Shown here in pieces: positions 39,663-51,489 of a stretch of 64,000 bases of DNA. The DNA is from Veleropilina oligotropha. Taxonomy: Eukaryota. The stretch's first letter is position 1. Each line of letters opens with the position of its first letter. The position numbers and the translations under genes were made by a program. The notes under the pieces are model-generated. The model ran no database searches and was not told where the DNA came from. It saw only the letters and a list, made by a program, of their open reading frames with translations. The stretch spans positions 1 to 64,000 of the forward strand of contig JBEUKZ010000078.1 in the NCBI GenBank assembly GCA_048128005.1, given 5' to 3'.

Positions 39663-40305
39663 TTCATCTGCTTATGAATCTCAAATTTAATTTGTTTTAA
39701 GCATATTTTATGCAAGCTGCTATAGGCTGCAATACATGACAGAAAAGTGGGTTGAATTTTTAATGAATTGGTTAGCTTTAACAATGGTTCAGGGGTATTA
39801 TAGTAGGGGAAACCCGGTTTACACCTATATTCGATCAGACAGGTTTGTCTGCAGCACTCTGCCAGATCACTCCTTCCAACACATCAGTGGTTCAATGTTA
39901 TTTCTTCATAGCCTACATAGAAATTTATCTGATTTATGCAACAATATTGTCACAATTTCATCAATGCAAATATACGTGTGCCGACAGCATTTCGCAATAA
40001 TAATAATAAAGAAATGCAATAAGCCATCATTATTATATTACTGTATTTCACTCCTAAAATAAAAAACAAATTCCTAAAAATTCCATGTCATAAATTATTT
40101 CAATTCAGCCCACAATTCACTTCAATTCAGTCCACATGCAATGAGCGATGACCTGTCACCTAGTAATTTAAATGCTTAGAGGTGATCTTTGTTTAAAGGG
40201 CTGATGACACCACCTGTTAGATTTAGAAAATTGTCCCTCAATTTCGTCCCATGCACTGACTTTGGTGCTCTTTAAGGGATGCCTTCACGAGGTTATTATA
40301 CTGAC

Positions 40306-40384
40306 CTGGATGCTCCTTAACGTACGCCTCGACGAGATTATTCACAATGTGGTTCTTGCTAATCCGGCTCACTTTTACTCTACA
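40306..40384 (-). CDS. CHFR: CHFR exon: CRVKVSRISKNHIVNNLVEAYVKEHP
   Basis: ttacag/gtcagt; KNHIxNNLVEAY...HP motif that follows the CHFR RING. Confidence 0.96.
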
Positions 40385-41028
40385 CTGTAATAATAGACAA
40401 ACATAAATAAATAAATTGAAATAATCCGATTTATGGACAAATAGCACAATGAAAATTTTCAATTATATTAACAGCGACTTTTAATGAAGACCTGTGCCAT
40501 GGAGACGACATAAATGGCCATAGATCGCACCCAATACTTGTGCTTTGTAGTGTGATATCGTCTTGGCTATGCTGCATGCATATCCAGTATGATAATAAAT
40601 AATTAAATGGACAAAAAATCAAAACGATTACTTTGAGCAATCAAAACAAAACGAAAAGATCGATGCTTATTTTCCTGTATATTTCCAACCATTAAGTTCA
40701 GAGCAGGATATGTACATGTCCATATTATCGTGGGAGGAAAGCCCGGTCGCCCGGGTAAACCCGCCCTCTCTGACCAGTTACGGACAACTGTGATTCATAA
40801 CTTGAACAAATAATGTCATGTCTCAATCGAGATTCGAACCAACTACTTTTCGCGCCAGCGGAATCAAGCCAGTGATTTTTCGGAGTCTGCAACCGAAACC
40901 ACACGACTGTTGAAGGTTTTTCACTGCTCTATCGAACACAGTTTTATATTTTATAAAGATGTAAAAAGACTGACTGAAGTCATCATGGCACAGAGTTGTC
41001 AAACAAGAGACATTAATTTCAGCCTTAC

Positions 41029-41104
41029 CGACGGACAATCATCTGCCTGACTCGACCACTCAGAGTAGCATCCAGCACAAAAGGTGTGCATGCACGGCTG
41101 GAGG
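41029..41104 (-). CDS. CHFR: CHFR RING exon: (S)LQPCMHTFCAGCYSEWSSQADDCPS
   Basis: tttcag/gtaagg; SLQPCMHTFCAxCYSxW is the CHFR C3HC4 RING core. Confidence 0.96.
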
Positions 41105-41271
41105 CTGAAACAAACAGACACTTGGATGAAAACAGTCGCTGCTTCCCTCATTATCGTGTAAAGCGCCTTATATTAAAAGCAGTGATTTGCATACAAGAAT
41201 AGTTTAAATTAAGTGGATCATGCACACCGATATGTCAAATATTATTACATAGAGCGAAAAACAATACATTA

Positions 41272-42612
41272 AACTAGAGCTATCACAGAAGTGATCACAT
41301 GCCCCCACAAAAGCGTTTGACCCAGGAACAGGCTGTTGCATACACACATGAAGTTTCATGTCCCTCAGTCAAATAGTATGAGAGATATGGAGCAGAAGGG
41401 AATTTTACACTGAATGCGGTCAAGTGTGAACAGTAGGTCGCCGTGACCTACTTTTGGTATGCAACACACCTTTGGTTTATGACGCATACACAAATCAAGT
41501 TTTGTGACCCTTGGTCAAATAGCATGGAAGACACGGCGCGGAAGGGAATTTTGGACCAAATGTGGTCAAGTCCGAAAAGTAGGTTGCAGTGTATGAGGTA
41601 GGCTCCGGAAGATAACATTAACGAATTTAGAACAAGGGATATAACTCTGTTAATAATAGCGACACAATGTCAAAACTAGCAAAAGGCACCAGTTCACCGA
41701 CTGCTTATTATATCCAGCAAGTTTCGTAAAGTTATGTTGAGCGGTGTATGAGCTATGCTCCGGAAAACAGAAATTAACGAATTTAGAAGGGAAATAACTC
41801 TGTTAATGATCGCCGCACAATGTCGAAACTAGCAAAAGGCACCAGTTCACCAACTACTGAATACATCCAGCAAGTTTCGTAAAGTTATGTCAAGCGGTGT
41901 ATGAGCTACGCTCCGGAAAAGATAACCTTAACGAATTTAGAACAAGGGAAACAACTCTGTTAATAATAGCGGCACGACGTCGAAACTAGCAAAAGGCACC
42001 AGTTCACTGAGTACTTGATACACCCAGGAAGTTTTGAAAAGTTATGTCAAACGGTGTATGAGCTAGGCTCTGGAAAAGATAACATTAACAAATTTAGAAC
42101 AAGGGAAATAACTCTGTTAATAATAACGACACGACGTCGAAACTAGCAAAAGGCACCAGTTCACCAACTACTTAATATATCCAGCAAGTTTCGTAAAGTT
42201 GTATGAGCTATGCTCCGGAAAAGAGATATTTAACGAATTTAGAACAAGGGAAATAACTCTGTTAATGAATGCCGCCCAACGTCGAAACTAGCAAAAGGCA
42301 CCAGTTCACAGACTACTGAATACATCCAGCAAGTTTCGTAAAGTTATGTCAAGCGGTGTATGAGCTACGCTCCGTAAAAGATGACATTAACGAATTTAGA
42401 ACAAGGGAAATAACTCTGTTAATAATAGTGACACGACGTCAAAACTAGTAAAAGGCACCAGTACACCGAGTACTTAATACACCCAGGAAGATTCGAAAAG
42501 TTATGTCGAGCGGTGTACGAGATATGCTCCGGAAAAGATAATTTGCACGGACGGACGGACGCACGGTCTGCATTTTAATATCCTCGGCCAAATTTTTTTG
42601 CGGGGGATAATA
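41272..42612 (-). mobile_element. Chimeric HINE-like element with a ~155-bp tandem array
   Basis: First ~320 bp match 57490-58195 inverted, followed by gctccggaa.../aaaaggcaccagttcac repeats and a (GGAC)n tract. Confidence 0.7.
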
Positions 42613-43005
42613 AATAATAGTAATGCTTTATTTTTAGAAGATATTACAATTATTCTTCCCTGTGGCCTTCTCTATGAATACAGTAATACTATTGAATAAT
42701 ATATAACTATAGAATGACACAAGATGGGACTAAGAATATTGCATGCGATGCTTGCCCAGAGAATATAAACATATTTCAAGACAATATTATAACATAGCGA
42801 GTATATAATACTGGTATTTACAATGGTGTCTGCACACGACGTCGAATTTGAAATTCGGGAATGCACACGACGTCATATCGCGGCATCGTTTGATGGGATT
42901 AACGGGATTAGTGGAAAGTTCACTAGTTAAAGAAAAATGACATTAGTGAGCGAAACTTACTCAATTGTGTAAAAATGAAAACTAGTAGGAAGATTACAAA
43001 GAAAA

Positions 43006-44435
43006 ACAAGAGTCATCAGAAGCTGACATATCCCCCCGGTGCAACGTTAAATTTAACACTAGATCCCGCTTTTAAGTTGAAGCAACAGAAGACAGAGCAA
43101 TCAATATCCCCGCAATGGTACAAGGAACATATGGCCCAATACACCCAGCAAGCTTCAGAAAAGATAACATTCACGAATTTACAGCAAGGGCAATAACTCT
43201 GTTAATAATCGTTGCACGTCAAAACTGGCAGAAGGCACCAGTTCACCTACTAAGTAATACACCCAGCCAGTTTTGTAAAGTTATGTTGAACGGTGTACGA
43301 GGTATGCTCTGGAAACGCTTTTGATTACAGATGGCGCATGCAATCTTTAGGGACATCAGCAAGTCGTACAAGTGTTTCCATTCGCCTTAATGGTAAATTA
43401 TACCTTTTATACTAATTGGACCAGTACATTTTTATTCGGCCCGGATGAATACATATATATAGACTGTGGCTAATGACACAGGAGTGTGGCTCAAGAAATT
43501 CAACGTCAATTAGCCACAGTGGTTACATGGGAAAATTTCCCATTGCTAGCCCAGACATCCAGCATGTTTCGTCAAGTTATGTGGAGCGGTGTGTGAGATG
43601 CGCTCCAGAAGACAAAACATTCACGAATTCACCGCCGCGGAAAATTGCCGCACAACGTCGAGACTGGCAAAAGGCATCAGTTTACCTACTACGTAATACA
43701 CCAAGCATGTTTCGTAAATTTATGTCGAGCGGTGTACGAGATACGCTACGGAAAACATAACATTCACAAATTTATAGCAAGGGCAATAACTCTGTTACTA
43801 AACGTCGCACAACATCGAGACTGGCAAAAGGCACCAGTTCACCTACTACGTAACACACCCAGTAAGTTTCGTAAATTTATGTCGAACGGTGTACGAGATA
43901 TGCTCCAGAAACGATATTGATTACATACAGACAGACATATGGACAGACGGACAGACTGAGCGATCTAGCCTAATACACCCAGTAAGTTTCATAAAGTATT
44001 GTCGAGCGGTGTATGAGATACGCTCCGGAAAAAATAACATGAACGAATTTACAGCAAGGGCAATAACTCTGTAAATAATCGTTGCACAATGTCGAGACTG
44101 GCAAAAGGCACCAGTTCACCTACTACGTGAAACATCCAGCAAGTTTCGTAAAGTTATGTCGAACGGTGAATGAGATATGCTCCGGAAACGATAACATTCA
44201 CAAATTTACAGCAAGGGCAATAGCTCTGTTAATAATGGTTGCACAATGTCGAGACTGGCAAAAGGCACCAGTTCACCTACTACGTAAAACATCCATCAAG
44301 TTTCATAAAGTTATGTCGAACGGTGTACGAGATATGCTCCGGAAACGATATCGATTACATACAGACAGACGGCTGCAGAGACAGACTGGGCGATCGCAAG
44401 ATCCCCCCCCCCCCCCGGTTATCATCGGGGGGTTA
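43006..44435 (-). mobile_element. HINE-like element(s) with a related ~157-bp tandem array
   Basis: aacaagag end with atcccccc subTIR; ggcaaaaggcaccagttcacctac repeats; (ACAG)n tracts; palindromic end. Confidence 0.65.
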
Positions 44436-45605
44436 ACTACATTAGTGAGCAAAACTCACCATTTGTAACAATATGGTTTAACAAGAAGTGTGGGAGCCAC
44501 ACATTTAATTCCATCAGGTTTGTCGTAATTGATGGAGTGTACATTTTTAAGTTGATAAAGGAGAATAACTGTGCACATACTTGGTGAAATTTTAGCAAAA
44601 TGTAACATGACCCCGTGTTTTATTTGCAACACAGTCACAAGATGCGAACAATATCTGATGCGAGGTTATGAAGATAATTGACAGAAACTAAATATTTATG
44701 TGCAAATATTCAGCGGAATAATCTGAAATTCAATAACAACCTAGTTTATGTCCCAATAAATCTGCATACCAAATTTGAATTCCCTAGCCATTACGGTTTT
44801 CCTTATATCATGTTAACGTCATCAGAAAAAGAAAGTTTGTCGAAAAGGGGGATAACTGAGCAAATATTTGGTGGAATATTCTGAAATTCAATAGCAACCT
44901 AGTTTATGTCCCAATAAACCTGCATACGAAATTTGAATTCCCTAGGTGGTATGGTTTTCGTGATATCCTGTTCACGTCGTCCAAAACGAAAATTTTGTCG
45001 AAAAGGGGGCATAACTGTGGAAATATTTGGCGGAATAATCTGAAATTCAATAGCAACCTAGTTTATGTCCCAATAAACCCGCATACCAAATTTGAATTCC
45101 CTAGCTGGTACTTTTTTCCTGATATCCTGTTCACGTCATCCGAAACGGAAATTTTGTCGAAAAAGGGGGATAACTGTGCAAATATTTGGCGGAATAATCT
45201 GAAATTCAATAGCAACCTAGTTTATGTCCCAATAAACCTGCACACCAAATTTGAATTCCCTAGCCAGTACGGTTTTCCTTATATCATGTTAACGTCATCA
45301 GAAAATGAGGTTTTTAAGTAAACCTAATATTAGTATAAAACATACTTACGTCCTTACTCTTGCCATAATAGTCATATTATCGCTAACCGGAAATAGTGAA
45401 TAATGTCACATTAAGCACTCCTTTTAAGTCAAATACACCACGATCACCTCCCCTGCTCCCCCTCTCCTAAGTTCCCCCAGCGAGATCTCGCCAAGTCTCG
45501 CGAGACTTCCGAACCATCGAAGTCACAAGACCTCAATTCAAAGTTCAGAACCCCAAAGGAACTTAGTAGAGGGGAGGAATGCGAAACGCAGGGTGGGTAA
45601 TCGTG

Positions 45606-45696
45606 GTAAGGACGTAAGTATGTTTTATACTAATATTAGGTTTACTTAAAAACCTCATATGTAGTTACAAACATACTTACGTCCTTACTCTTGCCA
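45606..45696. repeat. DIRS internal complementary region (ICR) containing the circle junction
   Basis: 45606-45658 is the reverse complement of the end at 45305 and 45659-45696 is the reverse complement of the end at 52676, joined as cctcat|atgtag. Confidence 0.93.
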
Positions 45697-46554
45697 GAAT
45701 AACCTTGGATAGGTGGGTAAGAAGTTCCTTACAACAAACCCAAACAAGATAATGACTTACTTTTCACCATTTCAATCAGCATTTGAAGCGTCGATTGTGT
45801 CCGCCCAGAGTGGAATTTACTGAGTATTATTCTACTCTTACCAAGCGAGAATTTCGACCAGTGTTACCGGGAGAATACGCCGTGGTGTTAGTCGGACGAG
45901 GTGAAGCGGAAGTGCACTCAGCTCCAGGCACGGCCGGAAGGATGAATCCTTGAAGGTCTTACGTGTCATGGACCAGTGGCAGCCAAATGGTACTCTGGCC
46001 TAAAGGCAGGCAGCCAGAAGGAAGCAGTCGGATTTGTAAGCACATGGAACCTTGGTTAGGCTGTGAATATATCCAATCTTAAGCAAAGAATTAATAGATT
46101 ATTTATAATAATCGATATTAATAAGTGATTCGCATGACCAACGTGCGAATAGCTAACATGTACGACATGTCACTTAAATTAATTTTTAAGGAAGCAAATG
46201 TGAACGACATGTTACTTAAAATAAATTTTAAGGGATCAAATATTAAAAAAAAAAATTTCAATGTATTGAACATCGTATGTTCGATTACAGCATAGAACAT
46301 CAATAATATTGAACCTTAAATCCTTTAAGATTTTCGCAATATTATATAGTTGATTTATTAAATTCAATGTGTCTGGCTTGTCAATATACTCAGGTATGAC
46401 ATGAAGTACAAAATCTTAAAATGTTTTTAAGAAATGAACATACATTGAATCGCCTCATATGTGTCTATTTCATAGAACAGCTAGGCCAACAAATAACATT
46501 GCGACAGCAAAATTATGTAAATTGATCAATCAAAACACAATACTTACTGATTAG

Positions 46555-47500
46555 ACGACCTCGGTCTAACAATACATCGTTGAGCAGTTACTATGTAAAC
46601 TGCACAATCCATCAGCCGCATGGAATAATCCCCAGAAAAGGCTTAATAAAGACATTTTGAGAAGCAGCGCTGAGATGTGAATCTGCGAAAACACGGACCT
46701 CGTGTGCGCGGATCGATACAAAAGTGCGTGCGGCCTACTTTTCACAGCGAGAGTAGTCTCTCATTACTTGTGAAAACCTCCGCGAAACAGTCGTCTACGT
46801 AATGTCGCGGATAATAAGGTAAATACGAATAAAATATATGTAGTTTTCCCTGCCGCGTATCACTGATCCTGTCGAGGTAGTAACGTAGGCACGCATATGA
46901 CAGATTCATCGGTCCACATCGGGTCTCTGATCAGCGCTAGGGGATAACGATATCGGTTGCGTCTTCGATCGGCCGTTGATTCTTGGCGAGGAAACCCAAG
47001 ATATGACGCCGCATCACCGACCCGTCGACTGGAAACGAACGTCTCTAGCTCTGCGGATAGACTATGAAATACGGAACAACGCCTGCCCGACGCTAAGGCG
47101 ATCAGAAAAAACTGTTTTGTGCGTTAAGTTCCTCATAGAGGACGGGCCCGTAGGCTAGTCGGGTAGAAAGAGAGCGTTAAGAAATGAGAGCGATGTTTCA
47201 GGCTGGCCGTATCGTACGGGTCGAAATTTTGAGTTCGAAGGATCGCAGAAATCCAAATAGTTCGGTCGCTAGGTAGGTTACCACGGGCACGGCACTCGCG
47301 ACCGTTGCCCGATAGCTTTGACGGCGGACACTGACATACCGCGTTCAAAGAGCGACGATGAAAACTCAATAAACTTGTTCACAGGGGGGCGGAGTATATT
47401 TACCTGCCGGCTGTGACACCAATCCACGTACTTAACCCATCGGTAGTCATAAACTTTAGTCGTGGAAAGCCTTCTCGATCGGGATGCGTAGGGCTGTAGC
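46555..47500 (-). pseudogene. DIRS tyrosine recombinase, degenerate
   Basis: STTKVYDYRWVKYVDWC N-terminal helix motif; IRAHEVR (HxxR) near 46700; C-terminal SQNVFIKPFL with Phe where the catalytic Tyr is expected; several frameshifts. Confidence 0.8.
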
Positions 47501-49324
47501 GCGAGAAATTCCTTTCTTAGCACGGGATCGTTCGATAACCGCCAGGCGTGTAAACGTAAGTCGTTCGGCGATGTTGTAATACACGGCTGCGCGCCTGCAT
47601 TAACCGGCCCGGTCTCTGCGGAAGCGATAACGGTCGGTCGACGATCAGATCGAGGAGGGTCAGAAACCAAGGTTGCGTGCGATAAATGGGCGCGATTAGC
47701 GTTATCTGCAACGTTCGTTCGATGCCTTCTGTAATACCAGTTTTAGAATGCACGACGGGGGGAAGGCATACGCGGACAGATTCTCCCATGTCATTGACAG
47801 TGCGTCGACCGCTAGGGCGGCCGGGTCCGGGTACGGGGAGACATACAGAGGTAGTCGGTAATTGAACTCTGTTGCAAACAGATCGACTTGGGGTTGCGAC
47901 CACCGGCGGCAAACGTCCCGAGCTACTCGGCTGTGTAGCGTCCACTCTGTGTGTATTATCTGTGATTTCCGAGAGAGCGAATCCGCTCTGACATTCAGCT
48001 TTCCCGGGATGTGTCGGGCTCGAATCGTCGAGTTGAGGGACATCACTAAGCGGTGTAGGTCTATTGCTCGGTCGCAAAGGGGATGCGAGCGAGTGCCGCC
48101 CTGGTGCTGGATGTAAGCGACGACAGTCGTGTAGTCCGTGGCGAGCATTATGTGCTTGTAGCGGAGATGTGACGAGAGGGACCGTACTGACAGGTAGACG
48201 GCTTCTAACTCTAGGAAGTTGATATGTCGTCCCTGAAGGTCCGTCGGCCATAGGCCTGATGTCTCGTAACTGTCGAGGTGACCACCCCAGCCGTCGTTCG
48301 AAGCGTCTGTGAACAGGTAAGCGTTCGGCTCTGGCGGGGATATAGGAACCGACTGGTCCGGCAAAGCAGGGTTCAACCACACTGCTGTTGTGCTGGTAAA
48401 CCAATGCCGAAGATCGATGCGATCCGTCCACTGCCCCGTCCGTTGTATCCAGCGATCCCTGAACGCCTGGTGTAACGGTCGATTGTCCATGTGACCCGTC
48501 GGTAGCAGGGTCGCTGCCGACTCGAAGTGCCCCAGGACAGTGGCCAGTTGTCGCGCTGTAGTTATGTCCGATGACAGGGTGTCTTGGATAACCGCGCGTA
48601 GGTTCCGCATAGGTTTCTGGGCCGGTTTCGCGGTGTACCGGACCGTATCGAAGTCGACCCCGAGAAACGTAAACGTCGTCGAGGGCACGAAGCCGGATTT
48701 TGTCTCATTGATCTGATATCCCAGGCGCTTCGTTGATGACAGGGTAAAGCTCGTAGACCGGAGGCACAGATCTCGGGACGCCCCGAGGATCAGCCAGTCG
48801 TCGAGGTATATATGTACCCTGAGCCCTAGAGAGTGTAGGAAGGCCCTAAGGGCCCGTACTGTTCTCGTGAAGACGTACGGGGCTGACGATAGACCGAACG
48901 GTAGGCACCTGAATGGTAGATCGTCTCCCCGTGTATAAACCGAAGGTACTGATGAGCCGTGATATGCATCGGGACATGCAGATACGCGTCGGTCAGATCG
49001 ATAGACGCTGCCCAGTCGCCCGGATGGATGGCCGCTCGTATCTTCGAGAGGGTTTCCTGCTGGAATTTCTCGGTACGAAGATATTAGTGAGATACGAGAG
49101 ATCGAAGATCGGTCGCTAGCGGCCATCGGGATTCGGGACCAGGAAGAAATGGCTGTATTATCCTGGTGTGCTGGGCGGCGCGGGATATATTGCTCCTTGA
49201 GGAGTAGGTCCCGCACTGCCTGGTCTAAGACCGCTCGCTTCTCTCCGTTTAGGAGGCGAGCGTGTCTTGGTGGTGGTGCCTCGTTTAGGGTCGGATGCCG
49301 GTTGAACCAACTTGTATCCGGCAC
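47500..49324 (-). pseudogene. DIRS reverse transcriptase, RNase H and N6-adenine-methyltransferase-like region, with stops and frameshifts
   Basis: FRCLPFGLSSAP, YLDD, LFTDAS..GWG, HINFLEL, HIPGKLNVRADSLSR, DLFAT, YAFPP; the N-terminal RT motifs (PG*YSHFFLVP..GR*RPIFDL, SIDLTDAYLHVP) lie in other frames with stops. Confidence 0.93.
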
Positions 49325-49379
49325 TCACGACGGAGGGACCCAGCTACTGTCTGGTAGTCTAGCCACGGCTGGCTGTACG

Positions 49380-51489
49380 CTAACAGATACGCTTCCACCG
49401 GCGGAAGCGGGTAGCTGGGACTGTCATGTGTGCCGGCAGCCCTAGGGCCGAGGCTTCCCTCTCCCGCTCTGCGTACGGGAGCTTGTTGGAGGTGCTTGCC
49501 TCTTCGGAGTGGGTTAATGGCCGGGGCCTACCACCAGAAGAGGGCCATGCACGCTTGGAAGGCTTCGGGGTCCGGGTGGGCCCTGAACGCTTCCTCGAGT
49601 CGGCGGGTGGACCCCCGGGGGGTGCAGCACCGCCTACTCGATGGTACGGTCCGTCAGGTCCGCCGCTCTCTGTCGACGAATTCCGAGAAATCGTCGGCAA
49701 ATAGAGTGGTGGCCGAGCAAGGCACGCATCGCAATGAGCGCCGGGTGGCCTCAACTAGCGAGGTGTCTTTCAGGCAAGCGTCCCTACGAAGTAGGTGTTA
49801 CCCAGGACACGTCCCGTCTCCAACGCGTTGGTCTCCATAACGGCAGCAACCTCCTGGAGGAAGGACAGGGCAGCCCACGGGCGCCGGGTCCTTCCTCCTG
49901 TAATACGGCTATCGTCCCATCTAGGAAAAATCCTGAACGGACGACGGCCGCAGAGCCCATCGGGCGGAGCTCTCGAAAGCTTCCAAGGCGAACCCAGGAA
50001 CTCTCGCTACAGAGGGAGTGTGACTGGCGGTCAGTCAACGCAACGCTGCGTCAACACGAACCGGCTCAGTCGCCAGGCACGGACCAGTACATGCGAACGG
50101 GATCGAACGCGAACTGGCCCGGAGGTACCTCCCACTACGGAACCCCGAAGGGTACTCGGTCAGTGGGGAGGACTCCACCGGATTGCGCCCCCGACTGAGC
50201 TTGGTTGTCGAGTCAACACCCGATCAATCAGCCCAGACTGAGGTAAGGAAGAAAGCAAGGGGGCTTCCTTCTCAACAAACCGATGCGCCGCCGTCCTGTG
50301 CTTGACCGGGCCTACATACGACCGAGTCGGTTCCGGCAGGTCAAGCACCCCGCGAAGTGACGCAACAGCGTCGAGTTCGGCGGGTGGTGGAGGTCGGCTC
50401 CTGCGTGCCTGGAAGACTACCAGCGTCTTCGGGCCCGACCGATACAGGGAGGTCGGAGTGAGTGGAGTCGAGGTCCTCGTCGGAACGAGGTTCGATCCCC
50501 ACCACGGAGGCAGGAGCCGTGCTCTGCGCCACAGGCAGAGGTGTAGGTACCTGGAGCGGCTAGGAAGCCGGTTGCCAGGCCCGACATCGGGACTCGAACT
50601 CCGCCGCGAACATAGCCTGGACGTTCTCTAAAGAGAAACCCGGAGGCATGACGGGCGTCGAACTAACAGCCGGTAGTTCGGTCGAAGTCACCGTGGCGCT
50701 AGGTAGACGGGCTGCATGGACAGGTGTAGCCGAGAACCAGGGTCTCGGGACACGTGTCGAGTGGTCGAACCCGAAAGAACGGCCCGGAGGCGCGTTCGGT
50801 GGGCCGGACGACCGGTAGGACTGCGGCAACAGTCCGTATCGGTCTACCACTCTGTTCGCGAGAGGCACGGTCGGAAAACCGCCGTAGAACCCCTCACCGA
50901 ACGCAGCCGGTCTGTCCACGTTCTCTAGCGTGACCATTGTGGGTGCACGGGAGAGAACGGGCCCTCTGAAAAGCTCGTGAGCATCGAGGTTGAGCGGAAA
51001 ACCCTTAGGGGTAGTCGCGTCGGTCTCGAACGAGGATTCAGGTGTCGCCGATTGTCCGGATCTTAGACCTTCGTAAAGGTGTCCGGCCTCTTTAAAGGCT
51101 TTCTCTGCATCGAGTCTGTCCCCGTCGCTAGACGGAGAGTTTCCCGCAGAAGGACTAACGTTCCCCTGATTCTTCGAGGCCGAAGAATAGGAAGGGGATC
51201 GTCTGCCCTGCTCAGCTGTTCGCTGCGTTGCCAGATATACCTTGCTAGCCGGCAAGGTATGGTTGGCTGCAGTTACTAGGCCCGGTTGAGGCGGAACGGT
51301 CGGCACTCGGGCCTTTACCTGAATCTGGGGTCCCGGCAAGGGTTCGGTGACTCCCCCAAGAGTCGCGGAGGTTTCGCCGGTAGATCCGGCGACAGACGGT
51401 GTCTTACGCCGGCTGTCGTCCCTGGCCCCTGAAGTCCCTGAAGTAGACAAAGAAGAATTATCCCTTAACTTACCAACCAGTCTCTTCAA
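49380..51489 (-). pseudogene. DIRS ORF1 (gag-like), fragmented
   Basis: GC-rich, Pro/Ser/Thr-rich 309-aa ORF plus downstream fragments in the ORF1 position upstream of RT; no diagnostic motif recognised. Confidence 0.6.

Noticed and set aside
42975..45321. ORFs with repeated peptides (KRHQFTYY, NLVYVPIN...)
   Set aside because: Chance frames through ~157-159-bp satellite units.
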